This document shows positions 52,101 to 64,000 of a DNA stretch of 64,000 nucleotides, one piece after another. The stretch is from Macrostomum lignano (taxonomy: Eukaryota): assembly GCA_002269645.1 (NCBI GenBank), contig NIVC01000978.1, positions 62,001 to 126,000 on the forward strand, given 5' to 3'. Position numbers and translations under genes: made by a program. The notes below the pieces were generated by a model. It saw only the letters and a program-made list of their open reading frames with translations, was not told where the DNA came from and did not search any database. Positions within the stretch are counted from its first letter, which is position 1. Each line of letters begins with the position of its first letter.

Positions 52101-55100
52101 GCACGGCCCGGGCCTGCAGCAGGTCGGCCAACCAGGCGGCCACGAATTGGAAGACGAAGAAGCCGATGTAGGGCAGAGCGGACAGCAGCCCGTTGGCCAT
52201 CAGAGTGAAGCCGAACACGTCCTGGGGTGGGGTCAGAGTGAGTGAGTGAGTGAGTGAGTGAGTGAGTGAGTGATTGAGTGAGTAAGTGAGTGAGTGAGTG
52301 AGTGAGAGATTGGGTGAGTGAATGAGTGAGAGAGTGAGTGATCGGGTGAGTGAGTCTGAGTGAGTGATTGGGTGAGTGAATGAGTGAGTGAGTGATTGGG
52401 TGAGTGAGTGAGTGAGTGAGTGAGTGAGTGATTGGGTGAGTGAGTGAGTGAGTGAGTGATTGGGTGAGTGAGTGAGTGAGTGAGTGAGTGAGTGATTGGG
52501 TGAGTGAGTGAGTGAGTGAGTCTGAGTGAGTGATTGGGTGAGTGAGTGAGTGAGTGAGTCTGAGTGAGTGATTGGGTGAGTGAATGAGTGAGTGAGTGAG
52601 TGATTGGGTGAGTGAGTGAGTGAGTGAGTGAGTGAGTGAGTCAGTGTGAGAGTGCGATTGACAGACAGACAGTCAGACAGACTTACAGACAGACAGACAG
52701 ACGAACAGACAGTTTGTCACTAATAAAACTGCCACTAAGACAGGTGCTAAAGACACCAGGACATTAACTGGTACAGGCAGCTGACATTCACACAGACAGA
52801 CATGCGGTAACAAAACCCTCACCTTAAAGTAGGTGGGCAGGTTAGTCAGGAAGGTGTAGCCGCCATAGTCGTAGGCCACATTGGACACAATTATAGCCCA
52901 GAATGGCAGGCTGGCAGCCACCGACAGCACAGGCAGACGGGCGCTGTGCTCGCCTGAGGCGGAGACCTGGCCCTGAAGCGAGCGCTGAATATACCGCTTC
53001 TCCGCCTGAAGAGTTACAAGTTTTTTTACTCTTGTTAGTTTGCTGAGTACGCTACAGGCGGAAAGAGAGATGTTAGAGAATGGCGTGGGTGGGACGGAGA
53101 CAACAGAATGAGATGAGACACAAGAGAATGGGGTGAGACAGACACAAGAGAATGGAGTGAGACAGACACAAGAGAATGGAGTGAGACAGACACAAGAGAA
53201 TGGAGTGAGACAGACACAAGAGAATGGAGTGAGACAGACACAAGAGAATGGAGTGAGACAGACACAAGAGAATGGAGTGAGACAGACACAAGAGAATGGA
53301 GTGAGACAGACACAAGAGAATGGAGTGAGACAGACACAAGAGAATGGAGTGAGACAGACACAAGAGAATGGAGTGAGACAGACACAAGAGAATGGGGTGA
53401 GACAGACACAAGAGAATGGGGTGAGGCAGACACAAGAAAATGGGGTGAGGCAGACACAAGAGAATGGAGTGAGACAGACACAAGAGAATGGAGTGAGACA
53501 GACACAAGAGAATGGCGTGAGACAGACACAAGAGAATGGAGTGAGACAGACACAAGAGAATGGAGTGAGACAGACACAAGAGAATGGAGTGAGACAGACA
53601 CAAGAGAATGGAGTGAGACAGACACAAGAGAATGGAGTGAGACAGACACAAGAGAATGGAGTGAGACAGACACAAGAGAATGGAGTGAGACAGACACAAG
53701 AGAATGGAGTGAGACAGACACAAGAGAATGGAGTGAGACAGACACAAGAAAATGGGGTGAGGCAGACACAAGACAGCTTTAGGTGACAAAAAGCATAAAG
53801 CGATCCCCGAACCCGGCGCCATACCTTCGATATCCAGGGGTGCTGCTCTGGTGAGTTGTGCACCAAGCCGAGCCACACGGCCACCCAGACGCAGCCGAGG
53901 CCACCGAACACGTAGAAAATCGAGTCCCAGCCCACCGAGCGGCACAGCAGAGATGACAGCGGCAGGGTGATGATGGTGCCGATCTGGGCGCCCGCATAGC
54001 TGAAGCCGACCAGCTTGGACCGCTCCATCGGCGGAGCCCAGCCCGACCACAGCTGGTGCAGGCCGGGGAACATCACGCCGGAGCCCAGGCCCGTGAGGAT
54101 GCGCAGCGCCACCACCAGCCGCCAGTCGATGCGGGCAGCCGCGGGCAGCAGCAAAGTGCTCACCTGGATGGGGCGAAGAGAAGGCTGAGTCTTGGTTACA
54201 AGATACTTTAAGCTCGATTCATGATCCTAAAAATAGTGTGTAATTTAATTACAAGTCACTGTTGTACCAGCAGAAACTACTGTTGTACAAGTAGAAACTA
54301 CTGTTGTACAAGCGGAAACTACTGTTGTACAAACGGAAACTACTGTTGTACAAGCAGAAACTACTGTTGTACAAGCAGAAACTACTGTTGTACAAGTAGA
54401 AACTACTGTTGTACAAGCGGAAACTACTGTTGTACAAGCAGAAACTACTGTTGTACAAGTAGAAACTACTGTTGTACAAGCGGAAACTACTGTTGTACAA
54501 GCAGAAACTACTGTTGTACAAGTAGAAACTACTGTTGTACAAGCAGAAACTGCTGCTGTACAAACGGTAACTCTGTTGTACAAACGGTATTACGGTAACT
54601 ACTGTTGTACAAACGGAAACTACTGTTGTACAAGCAGAAACTACTGTTGTACAAGCAGAAACTACTGTTGTACAAACGGAAACTACTGTTGTACAAGCAG
54701 AAACTACTGTTGTACAAACAATAACTATTGTTGTACAAGCAGAAACTACTGTTGTACAAGCAGAAACTACTGTTGTACAAGCAGAAACTACTGTTGTGCA
54801 AGCAGAAACTACTGTTGTACAAACGGTAACTATTGTTGTAAGAGCAGAAACTATTGTTGTACAAGCAGAAACTACTGTTGTACAAACGGTAACTACTGCT
54901 GTGAAAGAACAAGCTACATTCTGTCCAATCTTCAATCTCCAAGTACAATCTTCTGCTGTAAAGTAAACGGTACGGCAGCAAAATCAATAACCAGATTCTG
55001 ACACCCACCGAGGCCAGGCCGATCATGGCCGCAATCACCAGCTTGGGCCCCAGGAGCTGGGCCAGCAGGCCAGCCGGGATCTGCAGAAACAGGTAGCCAA

Positions 55101-55431
55101 AGAAAAAGCTGCTCAAAATCTGACCCTGCACCGTCCGATCCCAGTCGAACTCGCCAGTCACTCCGCCAGATTCCCAATCAGTCGAATTGAGCGCAGCTGC
55201 GTCTCCTACGCTGCCGCCGCCGCAGTGCTGCCGGCTGTCGGTGGCGTTGCCTAGCAACAAGCCGTCTGCGGATTCGTTCAGTGGCTTCACCATGCAGACC
55301 AGGGCGATGCTCATGTTGACGCGCAGGGAGTACAGAATCAGAGTGCCAAGAAAGACAACGGCTGCCGTGCGGGCGCGATAGGACAGCAACAGGGGCGCCT
55401 TGGCCTCCAGGGACTCAAATGAGCTGGGCAT
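49123..55431 (-). CDS. SLC17: SLC17 family (sialin / Na+-phosphate cotransporter-like) MFS anion transporter, 5 exons, 525 aa
   Basis: Exons: 55431-55009, 54163-53825, 53005-52823, 52221-51911, 49444-49123. GT-AG, phase-consistent, 1578 nt. Motifs: RVNMSIALVCM, FDWD..QGQILSSFFFGY, WAPPMERS, GWDSIFYVFG, SPEQHPWIS, LPTYFK, NGLLSALPY, NHVDIAPRYAGVLFGVSNT, LQPWA. The exact ortholog cannot be determined by eye. Confidence 0.93.
49525..51845. repeat. 23-bp minisatellite (aaagacaccgatttgggcaatct), about 100 units, SLC17 intron 4
   Basis: Period 23 by offset count. Confidence 0.97.
52235..52645. repeat. (GAGT)n with gattggg interruptions, SLC17 intron 3
   Basis: Starts about 14 nt from the acceptor at 52222. 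Confidence 0.93.
53095..53775. repeat. 24-bp minisatellite (gagacagacacaagagaatggagt), about 28 units, SLC17 intron 2
   Basis: Source of the SCVCLTPF / RQTQENGV ORFs. Confidence 0.96.
54260..54905. repeat. 21-bp minisatellite (tgttgtacaagcagaaactac), about 30 units, SLC17 intron 1
   Basis: Source of the CCTSRNY ORFs. Confidence 0.95.
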
Positions 55432-57656
55432 TGACTGTAGACTGCCTGTTTGAGCTTACTGATTCTTTACTGAGTTGTTAAGTGTCTGTAACACAAAAAT
55501 TTTTCGTTAGATCAGCCTGCCAGTCAGTTTTGAAGGCCCGCACTACTGCACTGGGGTTTTATCTACTGTTTGTTTTCCTTTTACTCCCCACCCCTCGCCT
55601 CAGACACGCGCACAAGAAACACAGCTGCGTGATGCAATGTGACCTTTTGACTGTTTCAGGCGAACTACAATAATTAAACCTTAAATCAACTTGTTTCCAA
55701 GCTTCCAGTGCAATTTGAGTAAAATTTAGATAATATTAGTAAAAACACACCAACTGCAGAACCTGGAAATGATTACATGGCTAGAAGCTAAACACACAGA
55801 TCAGATAAGGAAGTGCACACATTTTCTGAACCGATATTTTGGCACGCGCGAAGGAACATTTTTGACGCACCTAAAATGTTGGGGCCTTGAAAACATTTCC
55901 AGTACCAATCAATAAAAGTGCAAACATTTACAGAACAAATATTATTTGAATAAACAGATAGGAGTGCAAGACTTGAATTCGTGACAGTCTGACAGCTGTT
56001 GAAATTATATATAAATTATAGTTGAAAATCAGCTGACACACAGGAATTAACCTTAATGTATTATGATTTCAGGTAACTGAGTAGAGCTGTCAAGAAGCTT
56101 TATCAGCCATTCTCTATATATTTAATCCAATGTAAGCATTTTTATGTATGTTTTTATTTGGAGTCTGTGCTTGGATAAGGATTTGGGGAGCAACAAAATT
56201 TTTTCCACTGCTGAAGAAGAACTGCAGCTGGCAATAATAAGTACTCTTTGATCATAAAGGTGCTAGAATACAAGGAAGCACTGCACAGTGAAATGATACA
56301 CTGTCTCTTAAGGTCCATTACTGGCATACAAATTCTATGCTTAGTAGGGGGCCTAACTTTCAGAACTGATTATTTAGCATGAACACTATTTTTTTCTATT
56401 ATGCTATTCTACATTGCATTGCCCTGTTGCATTTTATTCTTGTCTTATTAGATGCTAAATACAGGATGACTAATGCATAGATTTTAAATGGCTTGTTAAA
56501 AATTGACAACTTAGATTATCAAATTGATAAGAACAAAAAGACAAATTTGTAAACAGAACCCCAGACCTTCAGACTTTGTCTTTTTAATATTTAGGACTAA
56601 CTTGACTGTTTAAAAGACCAGATTGATATAAAAATCCTATAGTTAGATAATGGTTAAAAATGCTAATTATAAATTATGCTCTTATCATTTTTACTAGAAG
56701 ACTTGATTTTGTATCTGCAGAAATTTGAATTCAAAGAATCAAGAAAATCACAATCATAGGCTAAAATTCCATAAGTCTCATAAAAAAGTTGTGAAATCAT
56801 GATTTTGTGATCACACTTATTATCACATCTGACCCTTAAATACAAATAAATAATAATACCAAAATAGTAGGCCTAGCACCAAAATCTCAATGCTACCAAA
56901 GTACATCATACTTCATACATTAAGCACATAGAACAAAAAAATTGACCAAGAAAAGTGCATATAACAGTGGATTTTTTGCCAGAAAAGTGCATATATTATT
57001 GGATTTAAATATAACAATAGTAATACTAAGGCCAATATTAATTGATTAATAAGGTGCTCAAGGCCAAAAAAAATTTTTTAATGAGGTTTTGTACACATGT
57101 GCATTTAGTTTTTTACTTTTTGCTTAGCATAGAATGCATTATTTGTTTTTGGGATGAATTTCAACCTATATATACAAAGACAGTTTAAATAGTAAATACT
57201 ATAAAAAGTACAATAAACTTATTTAAGTTAAGCAACTGTCTATGGTTAAAACTGTGTGTATATCACTAGAAAACAATGAAGTTCAAGTCAAAACTTTGAA
57301 GTTTGGTTTATAGCTGGGGTAATAGTGGGCAATCCAAAAGAGTATGTTGCCAAAGGTGTTCTGTGGGTGCATCTTTGCCATATGAATTCCTTGAGATGAC
57401 TCAAAGAGGGCCTGGCTTGTACCATGCATAGCTCAGAACGTTGCCTTACAGTGCACCCATGTCTTTTCAATGAGGTTTATGTACATAGTTGGGTCTTGAG
57501 AATTGACAAATGAGAGCTGGTGGTTGACAACAGCATGATTCTGGAGCTGGGCATACCCTTGCCATTCATCAATAATCACACATGTGCTAGGGAGAAGCTT
57601 TGCTTCTATAGCCCACTACCAAATAAGATCTAGCAGCTGCTGCAGCTAGTAAGATG

Positions 57657-57935
57657 CCTGATTGCAGCGCATGGGCATTTTGGCGGATGGTGTCCGTCGC
57701 GGATCTAATACGGCGCGGCGCGGCGCGTAAGGCGCGTGGCAATTAGTACGGCGCGGTGCGGTACTAATTAGACGCCGAGGCATTTAGGCTTGATAAGACA
57801 GTCATAGTTACTCCTGCCGTTTACCCAAAACTGCGTTAATTTTGCTTTGGGGTTTCTTTCACAGGTAAGTCATTTCACAGCGTGGCGCAGGTTGTGTAGG
57901 CGTCTGGCGTACTTAAGCCATGCGCTGCAATAGGG
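57657..57935. mobile_element. 279-bp MITE with 18-bp TIR and 8-bp TSD between SLC17 and IMPDH
   Basis: TIR cctgattgcagcgcatgg / ccatgcgctgcaataggg (inner 14 bp perfect); perfect TSD gtaagatg at 57649-57656 and 57936-57943; GC-rich interior in an AT-rich context. Confidence 0.82.
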
Positions 57936-59518
57936 GTAAGATGACTAGCTTCAAAAATGAGCCTTTCCGAATTGACACCTGGGCATGACAGCTGGTACAT
58001 GCCCATGCCAGTCCATCCAAGAATCGGTCACTCATACAATGTTGCAATTGCAATTGCATTTGTAGTGCCATTATACCACCGGCACTACCTCTAGGGCAGG
58101 TCAAGCAAGACCATTGGTTTGCAATAAGATGGTATATTGCCATCCAGTTGATAATATCTCAAGGTGTTGTCATGAAAGTGGCAAGCTCCTGCAATCCCGC
58201 ATTATGAAATTAATGTTGCAAAGCTATAGTATGGGATGCACTTGCCTAGGGGGTACTCTAAATATAGGTGCTGCAAGGTGACCAGCCATGTCATTGAATA
58301 TAATTATATGTTTTTAAGCAGTAGCTAACTAAAAACTTAAGAGGACTTATAAATTATTTTCTTCGTACCTTTCTAGTGATACCCCCACAGTTTTAACCAT
58401 AGACAGTTGCTAAAAGACAGTTGTTGCTTCACTTTCTTACACGCCTTGGCACAATTTCCATTTCATGCTTTTCTTAATGCTACGAAAGTTTCCACAACAT
58501 ACTGTTATCATTTTTTGTTGTTAAAAGTTAGTAACTGTCTGTGTTCAAATGAAAAATTAATTTAACAAACAAAAGAGTAAAATTGCAAAAAAATACCTAG
58601 CTAGGGCCTACTATAGAAACTTGAAATTGCTCCAGCCTAGGCTATTAATTCTGAGATTTATATTAAGACAAAATATATTTTGGTATTAGAATAGTGATAA
58701 GTAGTGGTGAATGCTTATCATGGCCATCTAGATGATTATCATGCTTTCATTGTGGTAGGTCCTACACTAGACTACAGAGCAGCAGAAGCTAGATTTTTTG
58801 TTTAAAAATTAATAATAAGGCCTAATGGTTTAAAAATGCAACAACAAATCAACAAAATGACTTTTTTCTTTTAATAACTTGTGAGTAGAAGTAAAAAACA
58901 AGCCTCTTCAATTAAGATCTACTACTACTCCCACGAGTCTATGATCACAAAATTGAATTAAAAACTAAGGCCTTACGCTTAGAATACAATACGAAAGTAC
59001 GGTGCGCAGCGTACTTCATGAATTAGACTTCGCGCGTGACCTCACAAGGACAATTATTCAAGCACTCTTTTGACGATATAACCTTAGGATAAAATATAAA
59101 TTTAGGCTGACTTTTATTTATACTTTTAAAACAAATTTCATGTTATATCGCATATGAATGTTGCACAACTATTTTTTATTGTATACTTTCATTTACTGAG
59201 TGATACTGAGAAATTTTGTTAAAAGGATTATTCAAACGATGCATTTTCTTTGAAACATTAATTTAAGCTAACACCTACTTAAGTTAACTTAACACTTAGC
59301 TTCAGTGTATTTGTCATACGGGCGCTAGGCGCGTGCATAATTGGCCACGGTGTCAGGTTCAGAACTCAAATCTGTCCAAAAAAGACTGTGGATTAAAGCG
59401 AATGATTCTCACAGCTTTTGAGTTAAGTTGAAGTGACAGGACATCCATTTTATAATATTATATAGGCCTAGCCTACTATAGTTTCAATAAAAGTTTTACT
59501 AGAGCTAGAGAAAGGACA

Positions 59519-62500
59519 ATGTCTTCCGCATTTGAATCAAACAAAGCAGAAAGATTAATATCCTCGATAGGTTATGTACCTGATGATGGAATCTCAGGAC
59601 GAGAACTATTTAATAATGGAGATGGACTAACATACAAGTAAGATGTTTTCTTCTTATAAACTTTCGTCTATAAATATAAATTATAAGATTGCATAAACCT
59701 AGGACCTATAAAAATTTTCTTTATAATTTCATATAAGTTAATTATATGCCCTTATTATTTCATTATTGTTTTAGTTTTTATTTTATAATTTATTTAAAAA
59801 GTTAATAAAATGTATAATAAAATATAATTTTTTTACTTAAAAAAACCAATTATTAGCAACTATACACATTGATTATATAAACCTTTTATGTAAAAAATTG
59901 TGTTATTAGAGAAAATAATAATATAAGAATTTAAATTTATAAAAATATAGGCCTAGCCAAATTATTAAGATCTATCAACTTAACTCATTGAAATAAAATA
60001 AATTGATTTATCTATTACAATATAAGGTAAACAGTTTTAGTGCACACAAAGTGTGAATAAACAATTATATTTTAATTTATCAAGGGCTATCTTTATAATT
60101 TTATGTACTTATCAATATATATAAAAAGTTTTTGTATAATCCAAAACATCGATCTAAATGTAGATTATCTAAAAAGTAAATAATAGATAGAAAATTGTTA
60201 GAAAGATAAGCAGTAACCAGTTGTTTTGCCTCTAAACTGTTTTGGCCACATATGTTTTAACCCTAGATAATTTTGCCTATAGACTGTTTTGTCCCAAGCC
60301 AATTTAGTCACCGTTTGGACTAGTTTGGCCAAGCCAAAGCAGTACTAGCAACAAAAGCCTATGAATGTTTTTTGTTAGACTTGCAGAAATTGGACAAATA
60401 TTTTTGTAACTATGCAGTGCTATATTTTTGGATCTGTGCAAACATTAAGTATAGTAGAAAGAGTATAGAGAGGGTGTTAGAAAGCTGAATATGTGAAGCC
60501 TATATATAAGGGACCTAGCCCAAGAACAAATGGGATAACCATGCTAAAAATTAATGAGCTTGAAGTTATACAGTATAACAGAACCTTATATTCTTAGCAC
60601 ATTAGAATAAAAATTAGAGTCAAATGAACAAAATTATGCAAATTAATATTTTAGACATCAGTACCAGTAAGTTTTAGATACATTGCGCAATAGCTGGGGC
60701 TGAGCTGTCAGTTGTACATCTGCTCATTAGGGCAGGTATAATCAATTATTATTAATATTACCTTAAAATTAGAATGAAGTATAAACAAATTACACAAACA
60801 TTCAATTTAACAAACATGTTATTGCTGAATTTTTGGAATCCAATTTTAGTGACCTCATCATACTGCCTGGCTTCATTGACTTCCCAGCCAGCATTGTGGA
60901 CCTGACCTCACCACTGACCAAAACTCTCAGCATGAAAACTCCATTTGTGTCCTCGCCTATGGACACAGTAACAGAGAGTAATATGGCCATAGCACTGGCT
61001 CTGTCTGGTGGCATTGGGGTGGTGCATCACAATTGCACACTGGAATTCCAGGCTAATGAGATTCGAAAGGTAAATATGCATGCAGAGTTTCAGGCACACT
61101 TTAACCTACTAAATAAAAGTAGAGCAATATCGCTTTATTATCTTCCAATGCTACATTGTGCTGCTAAATTATATATGCAATTCACCTACTAAAAGTAGAA
61201 TAATGCAGCTTTATTATCTTCCAATGCTACATTTTCCGCAAAATTAAATACACAATCCACCTACTGAAAGTAGAGAGATGCAGTCATCATTTTATTTTTT
61301 AATATTCAAATCAGGTGAAACGCTACAAGCAAGGCTTCATCGTTGATCCATTTGTGCTTCGGCCGGACAGCACAGTGGCGGACGTGGTCCGGGCCAAGGC
61401 TCAGCACGGATTCTCCGGAATTCCAATCACGGACAGTGGCCGAATTAACGGTAAACTGGTCGGCTTGGTCACGTTCCGCGACTTTGATTTTTTGCCTGAA
61501 TCGGAGCACGGCCGGCCGGTGGCCGAGGTCATGACCCCGCGGTCAGAGCTCATCACTGCCCCAGCTGGGGTGTCGCTTAGCAAAGCGCACGAGGTGCTGC
61601 AGAAAAGCAAGAAAGGTGAGGGGCCTGTCGTATGCCTTCAAGTTTGAGTCATAAACCGCTGAGATTCGTCTCTTAACCGCTGTGAGGTTCGTCTGTAAAT
61701 CACTGTGAGATTCGGCCCTGAATCACTGTGATATTCGTCTCTTAACCACTGTGAGGTTAGTCTCTTAACCACTGTTAGGTTCGTCTCTAAATCACTGTGA
61801 TATTCGTCTCTAAATCACTGTGAGGTTCGTCCCTAAACCACTGTGAGATTCGTCCCTAAACCACTGTGAGATTCGTCTCTAAATCACTGTGAGATTCGTC
61901 TCTAAATCACTGTGAGATTCGTCTCTTAACCACTGTGAGGTTCGTCTCTTAACCACTGTGAGGTTAGTCTCTTAACCACCGTGAGATTCGTCTCTTAACC
62001 ACTGTGAGATTCGCCAATAATCGCCCCTAAGCCACTGTGAGATTCGTCAAGAATCGCCCCTAAGCCACTGTGAGATTCGTCAAGAATCGCCCCTAAGCCA
62101 CTGTGAGATTCGTCAAGAATCGCCCCTAAGCCACTGTGAGATTCGTCAAGAATTGCCCCTAAGCCACTGTGAGATTCGCCAATAATTGCCCCTAAGCCAC
62201 TGTGAGATTCGCCAATAATCGCCCCTAAGCCACTGTGAGATTCGTCAAGAATCGCCCCTAAGCCACTGTAAGATTCGTCAAGAATCGCCCCTAAACCACT
62301 GTGAGATTCGTCAAGAATCGCCCCTAAGCCACTGTGAGATTCGTCAAGAATCGCCCCTAAGCCACTGTGAGATTCGTCAAGAATCGCCCCTAAGCCACTG
62401 TGAGATTCGTCAAGAATCGCCCCTAAGCCACTGTGAGATTCGTCAAGAATCGCCTCTAAGCCACTGTGAGATTCGTCAAGAATCGCCCCTAAGCCACTGT

Positions 62501-63173
62501 GAGATTCGTCAAGAATTGCCCCTAAGCCACTGTGAGATTCGCCAATAATTGCCCCTAAGCCACTGTGAGATTCGCCAATAATCGCCCCTAAGCCACTGTG
62601 AGATTCGTCAAGAATCGCCCCTAAGCCACTGTGAGATTCGTCAAGAATCGCCCCTAAGCCACTGTGAGATCCGTCAAGAATCGCCCCTAAGCCACTGTGA
62701 GATTCGTCAAGAATCGCCCCAAACCACTGTGAGATTCGTCAAGAATCGCCCCTAAGCCACTGTGAGATTCGTCAAGAATCGCCCCTAAGCCACTGTGAGA
62801 TTCGTCAATTCGTCGCCCGGCACCCGCAGGCAAGCTTCCAATCGTGGACTCAGACGACAATCTCGTCGCCCTGATCGCTCGAACAGATTTAAAAAAGAAC
62901 CGCGAATATCCGCTGTCTAGCAAGGATGACAAGTGAGTGATGAAATTGATTTCAGGTGCAATTAATAAACAGTTGTTAAAATGTCTATCATATCAATTTT
63001 ATATTAAAATGCATATAATATTGTTGTGCAAACAATGTTGTTACTTACCGCAATCAAATTTATTGAATAGGAGTCGTCTGTTAGTTGGAGCAGCAGTGAG
63101 CACACATTCCAGCGGATGCGACCGGCTCAAAGTCCTGATGCAGGCAGACGCACAGCCGGATGTTGTAGTTTTG
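59519..63173 (+). CDS. IMPDH: Inosine-5'-monophosphate dehydrogenase, 5' part (exons 1-5; gene continues beyond the window)
   Basis: Exons: 59519-59637, 60850-61069, 61315-61615, 62830-62932, 63071-63173. GT-AG and phase-consistent. Reads [75 protein letters not shown] (CBS pair) [54 protein letters not shown]. The catalytic exons (DSSQGNS onward) are not in the window. Confidence 0.96.
60685..60760 (+). mobile_element. SINE family 1, 5'-truncated 3' end in IMPDH intron 1
   Basis: gcgcaatagctggggctgagctgtcagttgtacatctgctcattagggcaggtataatcaattattatt matches the family 3' terminus. Confidence 0.75.
61665..62812. repeat. 23/24-bp array grading into 33-bp array, shared core ccactgtgagattcgt, IMPDH intron 3
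   Basis: 23-24-mers at about 61665-62015, 33-mers (cgcccctaagccactgtgagattcgtcaagaat) at about 62015-62810; ends about 20 nt before the acceptor at 62829. Confidence 0.95.
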
Positions 63174-63864
63174 GTTAGTTAGAATAGCACCTGGGGACCG
63201 AGTTTTCAACCCTGGAATGCATGAAAATTATGTTTTTTTCCAAAGCTTGAAGAAAAACTTGAAAATAGGCTAGAAAAATGCTTGCTAGATGACGAGGCGT
63301 TGGTTACTGAATATAATGTCATATTTACTCTCGCTTTTTACCCAAACCAAATTAGCTTAGGATTACGATAGCAACTAACAAAAAAACTTGAATGTTTTGC
63401 GCAATACCATTCAGCCTACTGAATTAGTAGTATAAAACAGTACATAACAAAGAATGTAAAAATGATTGAGGATCTGCTGCTATTCAGTTGATATTGATGC
63501 CATGTGGGTTCGACTTGTTTGTTTAGTAATTGTTTGCGTTTTATTGCTTTATTATTCTTATAACTTATATACGACGTAGATACTAGAAATTATTAACACG
63601 CAATTGCACTTTTTCAAATTTTGCTTTTAGCAATTTAAAAAAAATAGATTTTTCTAGGGTTAGTTGCCAACCGATTAATTTATTAATAAAAAGCTTTAAA
63701 CTACTCATAGTGATATGATCACAGCCTGATTGATTGGCCTAATATAAACTTATAAATAGATAAAGGCCTAAGAAACTATTGACGATTTGGCTAGTAAAAT
63801 TTCATCATATTTTTTTCTAAATTCATAGAGTAGAAGTGTAGAGGTCATAGAAGATGTAGGATTG

Positions 63865-64000
63865 GACACAGTCACTGGCTATAGTGATAGGACAGTCACT
63901 GACTATAGTGATAGGAAAGTCACTCACTGTAATGATAGGACAGTCACTGGCTATAGTGATAGGAAAGTCACTATACTGATAGGACAGTCACTGGCTATAG
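63865..64000. repeat. 24-bp minisatellite (atagtgataggacagtcactggct), IMPDH intron 5
   Basis: About 5.5 units up to the window end. Confidence 0.85.

Noticed and set aside
54221-55001. Cys-rich ORFs (CCTSRNY)n resembling metallothionein or keratin-associated proteins
   Set aside because: Translation of the 21-bp array in SLC17 intron 1, on the antisense strand.
63071-63173. Divergent IMPDH segment [25 protein letters not shown] with a 2-aa insertion
   Set aside because: The Thr-His and DVVVL landmarks are kept and this helix varies among IMPDHs; not enough to claim altered function.

Overview
Animal genomic DNA with spliceosomal GT-AG introns, GC-rich exons and introns full of minisatellites. 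The style suggests a flatworm such as Macrostomum, but that is inference only. Five protein-coding genes were rebuilt by hand, exon by exon, with consistent splice phases. (1) An SK/KCNN Ca2+-activated K+ channel, minus strand, 9 coding exons, 20667..2934, 831 aa. (2, 3) Two tandem 12-exon Reeler-DOMON-cytochrome b561 (FRRS1/SDR2-like) paralogs, minus strand, 34347..28199 and 45137..36720. (4) An SLC17/sialin-like transporter, minus strand, 5 exons, 55431..49123, plus a decayed duplicate of its exon 1 at about 46.2-46.5 kb. (5) The 5' five exons of IMPDH, plus strand, from 59519 and running out of the window. Nearly all long ORFs in the supplied track are tandem-repeat artefacts. Non-coding DNA holds more than 25 tandem arrays, two tRNA-headed SINE families (one with a MIR-like CORE domain), RNase H-LINE and RTE remnants, a nested retroposon, and several MITE/foldback elements with identifiable TIRs and TSDs. 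Most striking observations: three different 20-bp intronic arrays share the core TGTCTAACAG; almost every intron of SK and SLC17 has its own private array; one minisatellite derives from a SINE A-box head; a 38-bp hAT-like element has a perfect 8-bp TSD; and the two b561 paralogs show a mosaic, gene-conversion-like divergence pattern. All counts were made by eye and no database search was possible.
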